From: Octopus sinensis | Taxonomy: Eukaryota | Direction of reading: 5' to 3' | NCBI RefSeq assembly: GCF_006345805.1 | Contig: NC_042997.1 | Span: 198,896,001-198,960,000 of the forward strand | DNA length: 64,000 nucleotides | In this document: in pieces, positions 13,047 through 26,264 of the stretch | Numbering within the stretch: position 1 is the first letter of the stretch | Layout: the number at the start of each line of letters is the position of its first letter | Position numbers and translations under genes: made by a program | The notes under the pieces: generated by a model | What the model saw: only the letters and a program-made list of their open reading frames with translations | The model's database searches: none | Told to the model about the DNA's origin: nothing

Positions 13047-13271
13047 TTGGGTTGTCCGGAAAGTTCGTGCTGATTTATAGTAGCCTACCTTTCGACTTAC
13101 CCTCCCAGGCACCTCAATTCTGAGAAGAGGGTATTTTCAAGTTAAAGGAAAGATAGAGATGCATTGTACAACAAAATGGTTCATATTTGGTTGATTAAAA
13201 ATGTAATGGCAAGTATTTATTGACCTTTTTCTTTCCTATAAAAATCGGCACGAACTTTCCGGACAACCCAA
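13047..13271 (+). mobile_element. Mariner-derived MITE retaining the transposase C-terminus
   Basis: TIRs TTGGGTTGTCCGGAAAGTTCGTGC / GCACGAACTTTCCGGACAACCCAA with TA TSD. The internal frame reads QF*EEGIFKLKER*RCIVQQNGSYLVD*, like the mariner C-terminal motif. Confidence 0.9.
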
Positions 13272-13812
13272 TATAATATTAACTTACAAATAAGAGCACG
13301 CTACATTTGAAGATGTCAACATTGAATTTATTGATACGGTTTTAATTTCACGATACATATTCAATGTTATTCGTTGAAATTAAATGTGAAATGTTTATGA
13401 CAATTATAGATGTTTCTTCGATAATGGCTGGGCTTGGATCATTGGATTACCGATTTAAATACAACAGCAAATCTGCAGCGAATGAATTTAAAAGTGAATC
13501 TACTTTTGTCAATAACTGTATTGAAATTGCATGACAATCAATCATTTCTAAACTGAAATATCTCACGCATCTGAAAGTTAAATGCCTAGGCTTCTGAATG
13601 AATGAGTGAATTTAATGACACTTCTAAAGCGTTCTGAAGTGAAATGCGTTTATAAGATATAAAAAAAAAATTATGAAACCTTCAAATATCGAAATAAATT
13701 AAATCTTGTGACAATCTAAAATACCACCCATATATTTTTATATAAGTTGTGTTGATTATGATAAGGAGTTAAGGCATAGAAGCACATTAATTGTATTGTT
13801 AGCATCTGACAT

Positions 13813-14430
13813 TAAGGTATCGAGCTGGCAGAAACGTTAGCGCGCCGGGCGAAATACTTAGCGGTATTTCGTCTGCCGTTAACGGTCTGAGTTCAAATTC
13901 CGCCGAGGTCGACTTTGCCTTTCATCCTTTCGGGATCGATTAAATAAGTACCAGTTACGCATTGGGGTCGATATAATCGACTTGATCCGTTTGTCTGTCC
14001 TTGTTTATCCTTTCTCTGTTTAGACCCTAACGGGTAGTAAAGAAATAGGTATTTCGTCTGCCGCTACGTTCTGAGTTCAAATTCCGCCGAGATCAACTTT
14101 GCCTTTCATCCTTTCGGGGTCGATAAATTAAGTACCAGTTATGCACTGGGGTCGATCTAATCGACTTAATCCCTTTGTCTGTCCTTGTTTGTCCCCTTTA
14201 TGTTTAGCCCCTTGTGGGTAATAAAGAAATAAGAATCGTTATCGCGTTTGACAAAATGCTTAGCGGCATTTCTTTCTTCTCTTTACGTCATGAGTTCAAA
14301 CACCTGTAGGTTAGCTTTATCTTTCATCGTACCAGGGTAGATAAAATAAAGTACCAGCCAAGTACGGAGGTCAATGTAATAGATTTGCCTAAACCTCTCA
14401 AAGTTGCTGGCCTTGTTGCCAAAATTAGAC
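13813..14430 (+). mobile_element. SINE family B with duplicated body, followed by an older B-like copy
   Basis: Head plus body, junction GAAATAG|GTATTTCG, second body to about 14231. A diverged B-like copy follows, starting AGAATCGTTA. Confidence 0.88.
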
Positions 14431-14458
14431 AGAATTATTTAAAATCTCAATCAATATA

Positions 14459-14880
14459 GGCGCAGGAGTGGCTGTGTGGTAAGTAGCTTGCTAACCAACT
14501 ACATGGTTCCGGGTTCAGTCCCACTGCGTGGCATCTTGGGCAAGTGTCTTCTGCTATAGCCCCGGGCCGACCAATGCCTTGTGAGTGGATTTGGTAGACG
14601 GAAACTGAAAGAAGCCTGTCGTATATATGTATATTATATATAAGTGTGTGTGTGTATATGTGTTTGTGTGTCTATGTTTGTCCCCCTAGCATTGCTTGAC
14701 AACCGATGCTGGTGTGTTTACGTCCCCGTCACTTAGCGGTTCGGCAAAAGAGACCGATAGAATAAGTACTGGACTTACAAAGAATAAGTCCCGGGGTCGA
14801 TTTGCTCGACCAAAGGCGGTGCTCCAGCATGGCCGCAGTCAAATGACTGAAACAAGTAAAAGAGTAAAAAGAGTAAGAGA
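14459..14880 (+). mobile_element. SINE family A, full length
   Basis: Complete head, central domain, TA/TG tract and GAGTAAAA tail. Confidence 0.92.
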
Positions 14881-15591
14881 ATACAGAAATTGAGTTTGAA
14901 CAAAGAGACATTCAGGAAAATGCCTTATATCACTGCGGTTTACAGTCTGAATAATCACCATTTATTGTTTAAAATATATAAAATTTACCAAATAACTTGG
15001 ATCTTAAATTATTCATCGGTGTTATAAAAGAAAACAGATGCTTCTTTTCTTTGGGGCTGAATATCAAGAGCTGCACATGAACATTTTGAAACTGTCTACC
15101 TCAGGGTGTTGTACTTGCTCCATCTATGCAAATGATCACTCGAAATATAATACTAAACTTGTTATCTATGCATAATTTCCCAAGGTGAAATTTGGATATC
15201 AAAACATGGCTTGATGAATACTTTAAACAACCTAAGCTATCGTTGCTACGAAAGCAAACATTTAATTCTTAATCTTGTGAAAACACAACTCTTATTTTAA
15301 TTCTCTTTTTCTTTTTTGTTTCATGTAATGAATAATGAAATCTTTAGATAGTTAAATATCTTGTGGTCATGAACAAATTTCTAACGAGTGTTTTGGAACA
15401 TTTCCAGAATTCAAAACATCTCTTCGTTGCTAGAACATAATCTAAATCTCATAAAACAATCTAAGGACCAATGTGAGCACAAAATAATATCCTGCGATTT
15501 GTAACAACTTTTCAATAAGGTTTCAAACCCTTAGACGCTCCGAATAACAGTATTGGCTCTATGCAACTGAGTTGTAGTATAGCTACATATT

Positions 15592-15813
15592 CTTATTTCT
15601 TTACTACCCACAAGGGGATAGACGCAGAGGGGACAAACGGATTAAGTCGATTATATCGATCCCAGTGCGTAACTGGTACTTATTTAATCGACCCCCGAAA
15701 GGATGAAAGTCAAAGTCGACCTCGGCGGAATTTGAACTCAGAACGTAGCGGCAGACGAAATACCGCTAAGCATTTCGCCCGGCGTGCTAACGTTTCTGCC
15801 AGCTTGCCGCCTT
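15592..15813 (-). mobile_element. SINE family B
   Basis: Family B sequence with TSD TATAGCTACATATTCTT. Confidence 0.9.
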
Positions 15814-16129
15814 ATAGCTACATATTCTTTTATAGTATAGCTACATATATCCTTTAGATCTCTGGACGCCGTTCTCAACGAGACCGCCATAACTGATTGT
15901 CTCAAGCTTACTGACTTACACGGTCTTATGTGTTGAGTCATTTGAAATAAGACTGTCGGTATCTCCCTTTCCATCTCTGTTCACTACAAATCTCCTTGCT
16001 CATACTCCTTACTCCCCTATTTCTCTTCTCAATCAAGGCACCAAATCCACTTCACCGTTCTCCTAGTTTCTCTGCCTTAATTGACTCTACAGCATCGATT
16101 CGGATTTCGAATCGTCACGTGAGAGAATG

Positions 16130-16690
16130 TGACATGTGTTCCTCAAACGAAGGTATCTTCGATCGGTTTTGAACCCTGCCCTCAGCAGAACTCAGGCTGT
16201 CGATCGAGCCACCGTTTTCCCCAACCATTCTTCACAGAGAGGGGTTAGAGAATGGTGGTTACTCACATTGAAACTAGATTACTCACCTTCACCATCCGTC
16301 CATCCGTACGTACATCTGCCCCACACTTTCATCTGCAACTTCCAAATCCTACTCTCTGACACCCACAATCGCCCCATCTTTCTCGCACATCTCGCAGCCT
16401 TCAAGAAAGATAAAAAAAAATGCCGGCAACGTCTTAGAAGCTCATACCACTTAGCCATGCACAACCAGCCACATTTCAATGCGTTCGCTAGAGATGCAAC
16501 ACTTGTCCCGATATCAACAGCGCTACGACTATCACCGATCCTTAGTCGCAGTACCACATTACATAAAACTTCCACACGTCTACCGACATCATATATTGCA
16601 TTATCAGTGAACTTAACGATACCATCTATATTGGTAGTAGAACAGGCTGTCGCCCAGCCGATCATTTTGGCGAACACATTCCTAATATTC
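16130..16690 (+). mobile_element. Possible very old LINE (RTE-like) coding remnant
   Basis: Higher GC. The reading has segments such as WWLLTLKLD and AAFKKDKKKCRQRLR that loosely resemble the endonuclease-RT linker. No decisive motif. Confidence 0.25.
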
Positions 16691-16701
16691 TACTACGGAT
16701 A

Positions 16702-16937
16702 CCTATTTCTTTACTACCCACAAAGGGCTAAACACAGAGGGGACAAACAAGGACAGACAAACGGATTAAGTGGATTATATCGACTCCAGTGCGTAACTGG
16801 TACTTATTTAATTGACCCCGAAAGGATGAAAGGCAAAGTCGACCTCGGTGGAATTTGAACTCAGAACATAATGGTAGACGAAATACCGCTAAGGATTTCG
16901 CCCGGCGTGCTGACGTTTCTGCCAGCTCGCCGCCTTA
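16702..16937 (-). mobile_element. SINE family B
   Basis: Family B sequence with TSD ATATTCTACTACGGATACC. The right TSD is re-duplicated in tandem at about 16930-16998. Confidence 0.9.
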
Positions 16938-18197
16938 TATTCTACTACGGATACCACGCCGCCTTATATTCTACTACGGATACCACGCCGCCTACTACGA
17001 GACAACGGGCTACGCCATTACCTACTTATCAGAATCTGGCATCTCTGTACACCGTGGATCCGCACAGACAAGGAAATGAAAGAAGCAACTCTTATTAAAA
17101 CTTGTAATCAGTCTCCCTGTTCTGTGGAGAGTATTTTTCCATATACCTCTTCGCTTATTATCCAGCTGTTTAATATCTTTATCTACGCGTAGTATTACAG
17201 TTTTGTCGTCCAAGCCATTAAAGAAAATGTATTGTCCTATGTAGGTAAAAATAGGCAGCCTTTGTAAAATTTATATGTATGTAGTATATCCCAAATGTAA
17301 ACGAATATTTTCGTAACAATTACTGTCCATTCCTAATTCACATGATTGTTGCTAACAACTAATTTCGTTAGCTTCTCCCTTGGTTCCATACATTTAAAAT
17401 AAATAATTAAAATTAATCACAGTGCATTTTCAGAAACGACTACGCGCAGTAAAATTTATTTTTTAGTATCTTATTTTAATCAGGAAGAATTTTCTAATTA
17501 TTTCATTAAAGCTGTGATACGGTTAAACCCAAGTGAAAATCTACTTGTAAATGAATTCAACATAAAATCAAATGACTTCTAATACAGTAAAATATCTACA
17601 TAAAGTATTGAAATGCTTTATTCAAAATACAAACAGTACTGTCTCTTCCACGGGCGTAGTTTACTTCAAGTTTGAAATGAACGTAATTAGCAAATAGTCA
17701 TGCTGTGTTAACATTGCACTAAAAAAATTAATTAGGGTACGCGCATAATTTTCATATTTTAGAATATATTTAATAAGTTTGATTTCTGATAGTCATAGTA
17801 ACTTCAAGGCAATTCACAGCATGACTTCGCATTTAAAATGGAAAACATCTTTTCCTAAGTAGTCCGTTCAACGCGTTCAAAACCTCCGCACGTTACGTAG
17901 GCTTGGAACTTGGTTAAGGAAAGAAAGTGAGAGAGAGGTGGGGAGTTTTAACAATTTGGAGAGTTCCCTTCAGCTAAAAATTGGTACAAGGTAAATTGAA
18001 AACTACGTTGTCATAGTAATTGCATTAAACCATTACTTTCCATTTTGAAAACGTAAATCTGTCACAAGTTTCTGGGTTTTGTTTTGTTTTGTTTTGTTTT
18101 TTCAAGTTTTTTATATGATTTTCTTTATCTTAAGCTAAAACGATAGATCGTAAAAGTCAAGTAGATCCACTAGTTCAAAGTGAAACACATACATAGA

Positions 18198-18602
18198 GCT
18201 TTCTCTCTCACACTCGCTCACTCTCTCTGTTTATCTTTCTCTCTCCCCTCTCTCTCCCTCTCTCTTTCTCTCTTCTCTCTCTCTCTCTCTTTCTCTCTCC
18301 CTTTCTCTCTCTCTCTCTCCCTCTTTCTCTCTCTCTCCCTCTTTCTCTCTCTCCCTCTTTCTCTCTCCTCTCTCCCTCTTTCTCTCTCCTCTCTCCCTCT
18401 TTCTCTCTCTCGCTCTTTCTCTCTCTCGCTCTTTCTCTCTCCCGCTCTTTCTCTCTCCCCTCTCTCTCCCTTTCTCTCTCTCTTTCTCTCTTCTCTCCCT
18501 CTCTCTCTCTCTCTCTCCCTCTCTTTCTCTCTCTCTCCCTCTTTCTCTCTCTCCCTCCCCTCTCTCTCTCTTTCTCTCTCTCTCCCCTTCTTACTCTCTC
18601 TC
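18198..18602. repeat. Imperfect (CT)n polypyrimidine microsatellite
   Basis: About 400 bp of CT/CTTT/CCCT repeats. Confidence 0.95.
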
Positions 18603-19189
18603 ACACACAGACACATCATACACTCACGCACACTTACACACATTTGCGTCTAAGCTAAGCTACCATTTCCAGTCAACGTGACAGTACAAGATATCGACCA
18701 TCGCCAAGACTATTCTTGGTGTACTTCCGTTCGGTCTATTCACTTCATATATTTACTTCTCCTTTTCACTTGTACAACGAAGTATTATCCTTTAATTTTG
18801 CTACAAGTTCGCTTTGGCTTGTCTCACTTAGTAAACCGAGATTCAGATATTTCCTGTTCAGTATTACATAAAGACATCAATGAAATTGCAATTAGTTAAT
18901 GAATATGTAAAATAAAACCAAAAATTAGTTTGAGTGATTAATCTTCCTATACCTTAGCCGTTTACAAAAACATTAGGGATAAGCATTAAATTTCATTATA
19001 TGAAACCTTCGTATGTTTAATTCTGTCAAATCTCAGATCTCCAGTTGTCTGAAGCCTCTCCAGCATGTAATTTTCTGAATTTATCTTCTAATTTGAAACA
19101 TCCAAAAAGTCACCGTATTCATTTTTAGTCTGTTCAAAGTCTGTTCTCCGAACAAAGACAGTTATGGTGAGAAATTTGGAGACTGAGTT

Positions 19190-19385
19190 ATATAATCAAA
19201 GCAACAGAGAAAAAAGACGAGAAAAAACAAGAATGCGAGTATGTGGTACATACAAAGCATTAGTAAGACCCTCGGGAAAGAAGCAGTTGTTGTTTTACGA
19301 TTCGAGCAAAAGCTCTTCTTCCGAATCCAGAGACATAAGAAAGTCCAAGCGAAAAGGTGGAAGGAGGAAAAAACATCGCCAACAG
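19190..19385 (-). mobile_element. Diverged Penelope-like element copy, inverted, with a decayed hammerhead
   Basis: Its reverse complement aligns by eye to 19410-19584. Motif CGGAAGA-A-GAGC-TTTT-GCTC-GAATCGTA has two core substitutions. Confidence 0.55.
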
Positions 19386-19393
19386 TCCACGTG

Positions 19394-19584
19394 TGACCGC
19401 GTGTGTATCGTTGGTGATTTTTTTCCTTCCGTCTTCCCTTCCTTGGATCTTTCCTTTTCCTATCTTTCTGACGAAGAGCTCAGCTCGAAACGTTAAATCC
19501 TCCTTCTTTCTTTTCCTGAGCGTCCAATAATACTATACTTGTTCCACGTCCTCGCGTTGTTGTGTTTTCATGTTTGGATTAACT
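19394..19584 (+). mobile_element. Short Penelope-like element with a minimal hammerhead motif
   Basis: Near-identical to 6523-6730. CTGACGA-A-GAGC-TCA-GCTC-GAAACGTT at 19468-19494. Ends at (TA)n. Confidence 0.65.
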
Positions 19585-19609
19585 ATATATATATATATAT
19601 ATATATATA

Positions 19610-21166
19610 CTAGCAGTATCAACCGGCGTTGCTCGGATTTGTAAGGGAAATAACTATATAAGCATTTTTAGAGAGTTATAGCAAAAAAATAGCAAAAAAA
19701 TGCACTAAAAATGGAATAAAAAATAATGTTAATTTTAGTGTCTTCAAGCCATGAAGTCGTTGTTCTAAAAGAACGCTGGTCTCCTTGACAACGCATTACG
19801 ACGTTGATTTCCTTACACTCCCTTCCCCACAGCTTCACGAGGGAGGGAAGAAGGGGAAGAAGCAACACAGGTGCAGATGTGACCATGGACGCCAACTCCG
19901 CCGCCATCGACACACGAAAAAATATGCATTAAAATGGAATAAAAAATGATGTTAAATTATTTTTAAATCGTAGACTCATCGTAGACGCGCGCTAATACGC
20001 AGACGGGCTCGATATGAATCACGACTATAAGATACCCGAATTTGATTAAACTGCACCGCAAAATGTGGGAGTAGTTAGGAATCTAAATCGAAGGGGACAG
20101 ACACTCACACAACTACAGTTTTATATATATATATATATAGATATACTAGCAGTATCGCCCGGCGTTGCTCGGGTTTGTAAGGGAAATAACTATATAAGCA
20201 TTTTTAGTGAGTTATAGCAAAAAAATAGCAAAAAATGCATTAAAAATGGAATAAAAAATGATGGTAATTTTTTTTTATATCGTTGACTCATCGTAGACAT
20301 TTTTAGAGAGTTACTTCCCTTATATAATAGCGAAAAATGCATTAAAATGGAATAAAAAATTATGGTAATTTTTTTTTAATCGTTGACTCATCGTAGACAT
20401 TTTTAGAGAGTTACTTCCATTATATAATAGCGAAAAATGCATTAAAATGGAATAAAAAATGATGGTAAATTTTATTTTAAATCGTAGACTCATCGTAGAC
20501 GCGCGCTAATACCCAGAAGGGCTCGATATGAATCACGACTATAAGATACCCGGTTTTGGTTAAACTGCACCGCAAAATGTGGGAGTAGTTAGGAATCTAA
20601 ATCGTAGGAGACAGACACAACCTTACTTTTATATATAAAGATTTGTGCAACAACTAAAACATTCGGTTGTGCAAATTGTTTGCACAGGAAACCTGCCCTG
20701 TGTGGCGGTAATTGCCGATTTTGTGGATCTGTTTCAGGTTTTTTAGCGATTTCTGTTTTGGCGACTTCAAGCCATGAAGTCGTTGTTCTAAAAGAACGCT
20801 GGTCTCCTTGACAACGCATTACGATGTGATTTCCTTACACTCCCTTCCCCACAGCTTCACGAGGGAGGGAAGAAGGGGGAGAAGCAACACAGGTGCGGAT
20901 GTGAGCATGTGATGCAGCACGGACGCCAATCCGCCGCCATCGACACACGAAAAAATATGCATTAAAATGGAATAAAAAATGATGTTAAATTATTTTTAAA
21001 TCGTAGACTCATCGTAGACGCGCGCTAATACCCAGACGGGCTCGATATGAATCACGACTATAAGATACCCGAATTTGATTAAACTGCACCGCAAAATGTG
21101 GGAGTAGTTAGGAATCTAAATCGAAGGGGACAGACACTCACACAACTACAGTTTTATATATATAGA
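19610..21166 (-). mobile_element. Tandem array of three Helitron H1 units, two carrying an extra internal segment
   Basis: Units 19610-20141 and 20146-20641 both have TC...hairpin-CTAG. Unit 20642-21166 has a 5' TC end but no CTAG of its own. A shared ~180-bp insert lies at about 19741-19916 and 20765-20950. Confidence 0.85.
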
Positions 21167-21171
21167 TATAC

Positions 21172-21468
21172 TGCCACGCCGTCGGTTACGAAGACGTGGG
21201 TTCCACGTGATCCTCCTCATGAAAAAAACATGCAAGTGGTTGAGTACTCTCCAGAAACGCATACCCTTAGCGTAGTTCTCGGGGATGTTCAGCATGACAG
21301 AGAATGAGACACCGCAGTTCCTTTCAATTTCACGTACAACTCATTTTCGCCAGCTGAGTGGACGGGAGCAATATGAAGCGAAGTCGCTTTCTCAAGGACA
21401 CAACGCATCACCGTGAATCGTACTCTCGATCGCGAACCGAGTACCTTAAACAATAAGCCACGTGCCTA
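21172..21468 (-). mobile_element. Old CORE-like tRNA SINE
   Basis: Shares CCAGCTGAGTGGAC...CTCAAGGACACAACGC and AAGCCACGTGCCT with family C but has a different 3' part. Confidence 0.65.
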
Positions 21469-21799
21469 TGCACGTACATATATATATACATATATATATG
21501 TACCTACACATATATATATATATACATACACACACACACATATGCCTATATGTATATATACACACATATGCATATGTGCATGTATACAAATATATGCATA
21601 TATGTATACACATAAACACATATGATTTCTAAATATTTGTTAACTGTTGTTATTTTAGTGTGTGCGTGTGTGTATAGATAGTTAGACGTAGATATATATA
21701 TCATATCCATAATTCCATCTAGTGTTAAAAGTTTTTGCCATCCGTTTTTGTACCCTATATATCTGAATAACTTACAGAATATATAATCGAGATCAGAAC

Positions 21800-21816
21800 A
21801 AGTGTGTGTGTGTGTA

Positions 21817-21849
<33 letters not shown>

Positions 21850-22020
21850 TATATATATATATATATATTCATGAATATTTGCATACATGCATCATGATAT
21901 ATTTATTTATATAAACATGTATATAGATGTACATATATATATATAGGTTATATGTATATATATAATATATACATATAGGTTTATATATATACATATATGT
22001 ATATGTAATAACGTATATGT

Positions 22021-22051
<31 letters not shown>

Positions 22052-22580
22052 CATATATATGTATATATATATAAATATATATACATATATATGTATATAT
22101 ATATAAATATATATATACATACATATATAAGTATATATAGTAACGTATATGTGTATATATATATACATATGTATATATATAATTATATACATATACGTGT
22201 ATATATATATACATATATATATACATACATATATAAGTATATATAGTAACGTATATGTGTATATATATATACATATGTATATATATAATTATATACATAT
22301 ACGTGTATATATATATACATATATATACATACATATAAGTATATATAATAACGTATGTGTATACATATATATACATATATATATACATATATGTATATAT
22401 ATATAATTATATACATATATGTGTATATATATACATACATATAAGTATATATAATAACGTATATGTGTATATATATATACATATATGTATATATATAATT
22501 ATATATAATATATATATACATATATATATAATTATATACTTATTTATATATAACTATTTATATATACTTATTTATATATA
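21800..22580. repeat. TA-rich micro/minisatellite with a higher-order unit
   Basis: Recurring ATAAGTATATATA(G/A)TAACGTATATGTG blocks roughly every 100 bp inside (TA)n. Confidence 0.9.
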
Positions 22581-22581
22581 A

Positions 22582-23600
22582 CCCGTCGTTGCCGGGACAT
22601 AGTGTTAGTGCATGTATATATGTGTATATATATGTGTATATATTTCATGTACATTTATATATATATACATCTACACATAAAATACAAAATACAAAGTTAT
22701 ATCTAGATATCGCTATTGATAACAATACTCAAAATATATAACAGACTGGAATTGTTAGCCCGTCTCTTGTAATTTCAATCAATTGTATCTTGTCCTCCCT
22801 CTTGTATAGAAGTGTGCCTACAATCCACCCTACCTCTACGTCGGGGGGGGGGGCATTTAAATTTTTTTCCGGAACATCCTACGTCCCAGATATAAAGGTA
22901 AAAATAAAATATTTCCACTTTGCAAGTTCGAGTCGAGTACTCCCTTGCACACTCCGTTGACTCGAACCTTGCTTCTATTGTGGCGAGTTTACCGCCTCTG
23001 ATAAGATATCTTTCATAGTCCCACCAAGACACTTTTCGAAGGTGCTTTTCTCCAGTTGTTCAAATCTTTTTTCTCTACATTGTATACTTTATAGACAATA
23101 GTCTTTTCTTTAATTTAATTTTTTATTATCTATCTGGACTATTCCATTTCTGCTCGCTAATTTTATTTTTAATTTATTCCCATTCATGTGAAGCCATTTG
23201 TTCAAGTCATTGATGCAATTTTATACCAATTGCTATTTTTACTTTTGTTATGTTACGATTATATTATACTTTAGTTTGATTTTAATTATTACTTACTACA
23301 TATAATTCAATTGTTATTATTATTTTTATTGTTAAAGTGAAAGTATCTGACATAAAATAGAGAAATGTTTTTGTTTCACTTTTAACAAGTAATACTGAAA
23401 TAGTGGAGAAGATATGATATTGTTATGGGCTCGCTCTATGCAAGAAGTTGCACATTATTTTTGCCCATGAAACTACATGGACCCTAAGTAAGGCATGTGT
23501 AAAATTTGAATGAAATTGGTTGTGTAGTTCTCAAGTTTTAGGGAAACACACAGACATACAGACAGACACACATTCTCAGTTTTATATATATATATAAAGA
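22582..23600 (-). mobile_element. ~1-kb Helitron-like element (family H3) with captured coding-like sequence
   Basis: 5' TCTTTATATATATATA...GTGTGTCTGTCTG end and 3' hairpin CCCGGCAACGACGGG. The terminal CTAG is not visible because it runs into (TA)n. Confidence 0.6.
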
Positions 23601-23653
23601 TTATATACTTATATATATATATATAATATATATATATAATATATATATATATA

Positions 23654-23685
<32 letters not shown>

Positions 23686-23686
23686 C

Positions 23687-23733
<47 letters not shown>

Positions 23734-23771
23734 CTATATATATATATATTATATATATATATATATATATC

Positions 23772-23804
<33 letters not shown>

Positions 23805-23818
23805 TATATAATTATATA

Positions 23819-23849
<31 letters not shown>

Positions 23850-23858
23850 CTTATATAA
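23600..23858. repeat. (TA)n microsatellite
   Basis: Long imperfect TA tract. Confidence 0.95.
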
Positions 23859-24170
23859 AGCAAACATTCACTTAAGTGCCATATAAAGGTAGAAATTCCA
23901 GGGTTTAGTGAAATGCGTTGGGAGGTAAACAAAATTGAGGTTACTTCAAGTATTTGAGAAATATTTTAACTTCTAAAGGTAAAAGTCATTACATTTTGCC
24001 GTGGAGAGAAGAATTCTTGCTTGTTGTAAATTGTGTGAAAACACCGCATCTGCTCTATGTCTTCCCATCCACTTTCGGACTCTCAGACGCGTTTCAAGGA
24101 TTCACATTTGTTAACTGTTGTGTTATTGTGTGTGTGTGTGTGTTTAGACATAGATGAATGTATATATATA

Positions 24171-24216
<46 letters not shown>

Positions 24217-25875
24217 AAGGGGTTTGTATGATTGTGTATAGAGGGATATATATTATTCAAAGGAATTCCATATCTGTCTGTTTTTTATGTTTTATTTATA
24301 TTCTTTATAATATTAATGTACAATATAGAATATATAGTATAAATAGTATATATAGTAAAATGAAATGAAGTATTGAGTGTCTTATTGAATAGATGAAATA
24401 TTGAATATAACATATTAAGGGTCTAGTATACTTTCTTGCATTATCGCAGTCTTCATAATTCAATCCAGTATTAAACGTTTTCTGCCCTCCGATTTTCGTT
24501 TGGTACCCTATATATCTGAATAACTTACGGAATATATATTCGAGACCAGAACAAGTGTATATATATATATTCATTCTTGGATATTTGCATACATGCATCA
24601 TGATATGTTTATTTATATAAACATATTCGATATTTTTAATGAGATATCAAACATCAATTGCCGATACATTTCATTAAACCTATAAAGTTTATTCTGAATC
24701 ATTGCTCTCCTGCCTCTTGGGTTCATAATTTCCTGATGAAATATAGATTAGTGTTGCAGCTCTGAAGAAATGACAACTTTGATTTATTTGTGTGTTATCT
24801 CGCCAAACGTATACATTAACCGCGCAAAAGAACTATAGGCTTGGATTCTGGATTCGTAATTTAATTTAATATATCAGCAAAAGTATTATGGAAATCGATC
24901 GTACGATATTTAAAAGTACTATAAGCAACAGTACATAAGTTTCCTTCTCTAGAAAATCTTTCTGAAAACCGTATTAAATCAGCTGAATTCGCCTAAGATA
25001 TTGACATTTATTACTGAGTAGTATATAAATTTTACACATAATCGAATATACAATCAACTTTAATGCTAACAATGTCCCCATTTTTTGTGAATGAACGTCT
25101 TACTATAGTAATAATTCCCAACCTTTTAATGCTGTCTTGTCTAAAAGGATTTAAGATTTAAGACGTCACTTAATTTTGACAGTTTTCTTATAAATTCTGA
25201 AGAAGAGTAGACAAAATTCCTAGCGCTATGTACTTAGGTACTTTTAATTTCTGCATGGAAATTCTACTGCAATCGGTTTTCCCTTTCGTACTAACAATAA
25301 AACAAAAATCAGTTATATGCTGTTGATTAACTCGACTACACTCTCTTCTCTGACTCTTGTAGCCATATTCCTCTGATACCTATAAAAGATACTATACATA
25401 TCAATAGTTTCAAAGTCAGATTCCATCTTAAGCACTTGATGAGAACTTAGTTCTTTCATAAAGTAAACCTGCATCTTAAATGGGAAAAACTTATTCCGTC
25501 TTGGGAGGGATAATTTTTACTTGTGATATCTTTCTTCTATCTCCCAAACTATCTCATAACAATACTACGAACTTAGACTCCCCGAAGAGGCAGAAGCTAT
25601 TTACATCACATCTGTTAAGAACTTTTACTTATCTCTTGTGATTTATACATCTTTATGCATTTGTATTGCTCTATCTCTTCCCAAAATCTTGACTCGATGC
25701 CTGTTATTTGCTTCTCTATCCTTTTGTTTTATCACGCATTATATCAGCTTAATCAATACATTGTCTATAGACAACCTCCATGTAGGCAACAATCACATCC
25801 CTGCATTTAAGGTTGAAGTTTAAGCACAGAAGTCCTGAACATGAAATTATCATTTGACGTAGAAAGATATATATA

Positions 25876-26258
25876 TCTTTATATATAAAATAAAGGTTGT
25901 GTGTCTGTCTACTCCGATTTAGATTCTTAACTACTCCCACATTTTGCGATGCAGTTTAACCAAAACCGGATATCTTATAGTCGTGATTCATATCGAGCCC
26001 TTCTGGGTATTAGCGCGCGTCTACGATGAGTCTACGATTTTTAAAATAATTTACCATCATTTTTTTCCATTTTAATGCATTTTCGCTATTATATAAGGGA
26101 AGTAACTCTCTAAAAATGTCTACGATGAGTCAACGATTTTAAAAAAATTTACCATAATTTTTTATCTATTTTTAATGCATTTTTTGGCTATAACTCTCTA
26201 AAAATGCTTTAAAGTTATTTCCCTTACAAACCCGAGCAACGCCGGGCGATACTGCTAG
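25876..26258 (+). mobile_element. Non-autonomous Helitron H1
   Basis: A|TCTTTATATATAAAA...CCCGAGCAACGCCGGGCGATACTGCTAG|T. Reverse complement of the 3591 copy. Confidence 0.88.
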
Positions 26259-26264
26259 TATATA

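Noticed and set aside
16136-16858. Longest ORF (240 aa) as a real gene
   Set aside because: The C-terminal part is read through an antisense SINE B. There is no recognisable domain or splice structure, so it is at best a decayed LINE.
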